Program-made: the position numbers and the translations under genes
Shown here: piece by piece, positions 25,361 through 28,060 of the stretch
Layout: each line of letters begins with the position of its first letter
Numbering within the stretch: the stretch's first letter is position 1
Origin: a virus
Lineage: Duplodnaviria; Heunggongvirae; Uroviricota; Caudoviricetes
Length of the DNA stretch: 28,060 bases
Virus record (IMG/VR): IMGVR_UViG_2728369593_000002
Reading direction: 5' to 3' (one strand)
Notes under the pieces: generated by a model
The model's input: the letters and a program-made list of their open reading frames with translations, nothing else
Database searches by the model: none
Told to the model about the DNA's origin: nothing

Positions 25361-26559
25361 TGGCTCTGAACCTTGATTCTCTCGGTTTATCTGCAAAGGT
25401 AACCGCGGAGGGGATCAGTGCGCCTGATTATCAGACGATACTCAGCACCCTGATTAGCTATTTTCAGCAGATTTATGGCAGTGATGCCTACCTCGAACCG
25501 GACAGCAAAGACGGCCAGATGGTGGCTCTGATGGCGCTGGCGATTCATGATGCCAATAATATGGCGATAACTGTCTACAACTGTTTTTCACCGGCAACCG
25601 GCTATGGGGCTGCACTGACCAGTAACGTGAAAATAAATGGTATTTCACGTAAAGGCGCGACGAACTCTACGGTTGATTTGCTTCTTGCAGGAACTGCCGG
25701 AACAACCATCATTAATGGCAGCGTGAAAGACAGTAATAATGTGATATGGCGTTTGCCTGCTTCAGTAGTGGTCGGCGTGGATGGTACAGTGATGGCGACC
25801 GCAACATGTTCCGTCAGTGGTGCAGTGGCGGCGCTGGCTGGAACTATCACTGAAATTAATACGCCAACCCGTGGCTGGGTTTCGGTAACCAATCCTGCTG
25901 CAGCTACTGTGGGCACTCCGGCAGAAACTGACGCGGAGTTACGTATCCGCCAGTCGCAGAGTGTTGCGTTGCCATCAATAACCCCATTTGAAGCACTGGA
26001 TGGTGCTGTTTCTAATGTTACCGGTGTAACCCGCCACAAACTCTATGAAAACGATACTGGTTCGGAGGACGGTAACGGGTTACCGCCACACTCTGTTGCT
26101 GTAATTGTGGATGGCGGTGATGTAACGGATATTGCTCAGGCTATCAGAGGGAATAAAGGCCAGGGGACAGCCACTCACGGTACAACATCCGTTACGGTTC
26201 CGGATAAATACGGCAATCCCCATGTAATCAAATTCTCGCGTTCCAGTGATGTGCCTGTTTATGCCCGGATTAAATTAAAAGTTTTTACGGGTTATACCTC
26301 ACAGATAGGGCAGCAGATCCAGCAGGCTATTTCCGACTATATCAATAGTCTGATGATTGGTGATTCGGTCCTTTTAAGTCGCATTTACTCACCGGCGAAT
26401 CTTGGCGTGGTGAGTGGCGGGAATGCACGCTATTACGATATTCAGGAACTGACGATTGGGAAATCCCAGGGGACTTTGTCGTCATCAAACATTGATATCA
26501 GATATAACGAATCTGCGTCCTGTACCCCGGAAAATATCGTTATAACGGTGGAGTCATGA
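25360..26559 (+). CDS. baseplate J-like protein
   Basis: 399 aa in conserved gene order W-J-I upstream of the tail fibre. Confidence 0.65.
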   Translation: MALNLDSLGLSAKVTAEGISAPDYQTILSTLISYFQQIYGSDAYLEPDSKDGQMVALMALAIHDANNMAITVYNCFSPATGYGAALTSNVKINGISRKGATNSTVDLLLAGTAGTTIINGSVKDSNNVIWRLPASVVVGVDGTVMATATCSVSGAVAALAGTITEINTPTRGWVSVTNPAAATVGTPAETDAELRIRQSQSVALPSITPFEALDGAVSNVTGVTRHKLYENDTGSEDGNGLPPHSVAVIVDGGDVTDIAQAIRGNKGQGTATHGTTSVTVPDKYGNPHVIKFSRSSDVPVYARIKLKVFTGYTSQIGQQIQQAISDYINSLMIGDSVLLSRIYSPANLGVVSGGNARYYDIQELTIGKSQGTLSSSNIDIRYNESASCTPENIVITVES

Positions 26560-27236
26560 GCAAATACACCGAACTAATCACAAACTACCACGCCTCCAAA
26601 CCTAAATTTCTTTCACATGTTGATCTGATGACCCGGCCGCTTATTGATGTTGCGGCTGCCACCAGAGGGCTGATTACTGCATTTGATATCGACTCTGCGG
26701 TTGGTGTGCAACTTGACATTCTGGGATTGTGGATCGGACGTAGCCGTGTTGTCAGCCAGCCTATTTCAGGTGTCTATTTCAGCTGGGATACCGACGGGAT
26801 TGGATACGATCAGGGGGTATGGCAGGGACCATACGATCCTGATTCAGGATACATGTATCTCAGCGATGAAACTTATCGTGTCATTCTTAAAGCGAAGACT
26901 GCGATTAATAACTGGGACGGACGGAATGATTCGCTTCCGGCAATTCTTGACGCGGCAACAGCAGGATCCGGGCTGCGAATGCAGATTGTCGATAACCAGG
27001 ACATGACGATATCGGTCTGGGTCTTTCCTGATACTGATATTTCAGATGTATCGCGTGAGTTAATTGCTGCAATTAAACAGGGATATCTCACAGTAAAAGC
27101 CGCCGGGGTGTGGGCGGGTGGTATTGAAACACCTTCGGTGGAAACCCCATCGGAAGGTTCAAAATTTTTTGGTTTTGATATGGATAACGAATTTATCAGT
27201 GGTTTTGATGTAGGGGCATGGGGAGTATTACTCTGA
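26556..27236 (+). CDS. baseplate/tail protein I-like (DUF2612-like)
   Basis: 226 aa; stop overlaps the tail fibre start (TGATG). Confidence 0.55.
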   Translation: MSKYTELITNYHASKPKFLSHVDLMTRPLIDVAAATRGLITAFDIDSAVGVQLDILGLWIGRSRVVSQPISGVYFSWDTDGIGYDQGVWQGPYDPDSGYMYLSDETYRVILKAKTAINNWDGRNDSLPAILDAATAGSGLRMQIVDNQDMTISVWVFPDTDISDVSRELIAAIKQGYLTVKAAGVWAGGIETPSVETPSEGSKFFGFDMDNEFISGFDVGAWGVLL

Positions 27237-28060
27237 TGGCAAAAAATGACTTTAAAGCATTCGCAACGGGTAAAAATGCCAATGTTATGTCGCAGGAGGA
27301 ATGGGAAGCGTTGCCTGCGCTTTTATCCGGATTTACAGCAGGGAAAGCCTCCAGTGCGCAAGTCAATAAGGTTATTCGGCAGGCCAGCTTTATTGCTGCA
27401 GCTCTGGCCCAGTTTGTAAGTGATAAAACGCAACGGGATGTGCTTGATAATGGTGATCTGCCCGGTTTTGTTGAATTGCTGGGATCGGGGTTTGCTGTTG
27501 AATACCTGAGCCGCAAGAATCCGTTTGGTGATATCAAATCGGATGGCACGGTGAAAACGGCTCTCGAAAAACCTTGGTTTGGGAGAAGGAGCTCCAGCTA
27601 TTGGCGTTCCGTTCTTCTGGCCGTCCGCTGCAATGCCAGATACCGTAATCGATAGCTGGTCCGGTATGGTGTTTTTGAAGTTCAACGGCGCGAAATTCTC
27701 TGCCACTGATTACCCTGTGCTGGCGAAAGTGTTTCCGGCGCTGGCATTACCTGACGCACGCGGTGATTTCATTCGTATCTGGGATGATGGGCGCGGGATT
27801 GATGTCGGACGTACCCTACTTTCAGGGCAATCACACACAATTATGGATCATGCACACAATATGGAATTGTGGACGGGGGACGGGCTTGCCGCAGGAAGTG
27901 CACGGGAAGGAGTAAACCCAGGAATACTGGCTACATATGGTGACGGGGGAATAGTTAAAACGGACGAACCCGGTCTTAAGGTGCCTTCCTCACTACGAGC
28001 TATTAGCTCTCGTAGTGTTAAACGTTATGGTGAAATTAGTGGAAATGTAGGTACAGAAAC
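27236..28060 (+). pseudogene. tail fibre protein, 3' partial (runs off window), with a +1 frame break at an A5 run (27567-27571); may be real or a sequencing error
   Basis: N-terminal frame ends in Arg-rich out-of-frame sequence at 27655. The adjacent frame reads NLGLGEGAPAIGVPFFWPS...LPDARGDFIRIWDDGRGIDVGR...HTIMDHAHN (tail-collar-like) to the window end. A4 instead of A5 joins them. Confidence 0.6.

Noticed and set aside
25602-26039. 145-aa minus-strand ORF inside the baseplate J-like gene
   Set aside because: Antisense to a well-supported + strand gene in a tightly coupled operon; no ribosome-binding site.
1-28060. CRISPR array or integrase/attachment site in the window
   Set aside because: No regularly spaced direct repeats with unique spacers were seen, and both window ends fall inside phage genes, so the prophage boundaries lie outside this window.

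Overview
This 28 kb window is an internal slice of an enterobacterial prophage, read almost entirely on the + strand. It has a lambdoid control and lysis region (nin-type genes, YbcO-like protein, Q-like antiterminator, pR'-like promoter and terminator, lambda-S-like holin, near-lambda R endolysin, Rz/Rz1) followed by a structural operon for a contractile-tailed virion (small and large terminase, portal, MuF-like protein, scaffold-like protein, capsid, connectors, sheath, tube, frameshifting chaperone, tape measure, baseplate, start of a tail fibre). Accessory cargo sits at module boundaries: a minus-strand IS481-like transposase next to a Hok toxin gene, an ORF6N-domain gene between Q and the lysis cassette, and an extended Phd-like antitoxin with a Doc toxin plus a small secreted protein inside the baseplate cluster. 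The most striking pattern is that at least six genes appear broken by single-base indels at short homopolymers, which could be prophage decay or uncorrected sequencing errors. All calls rest on reading the sequence and recalled protein-family signatures; no database search was run.
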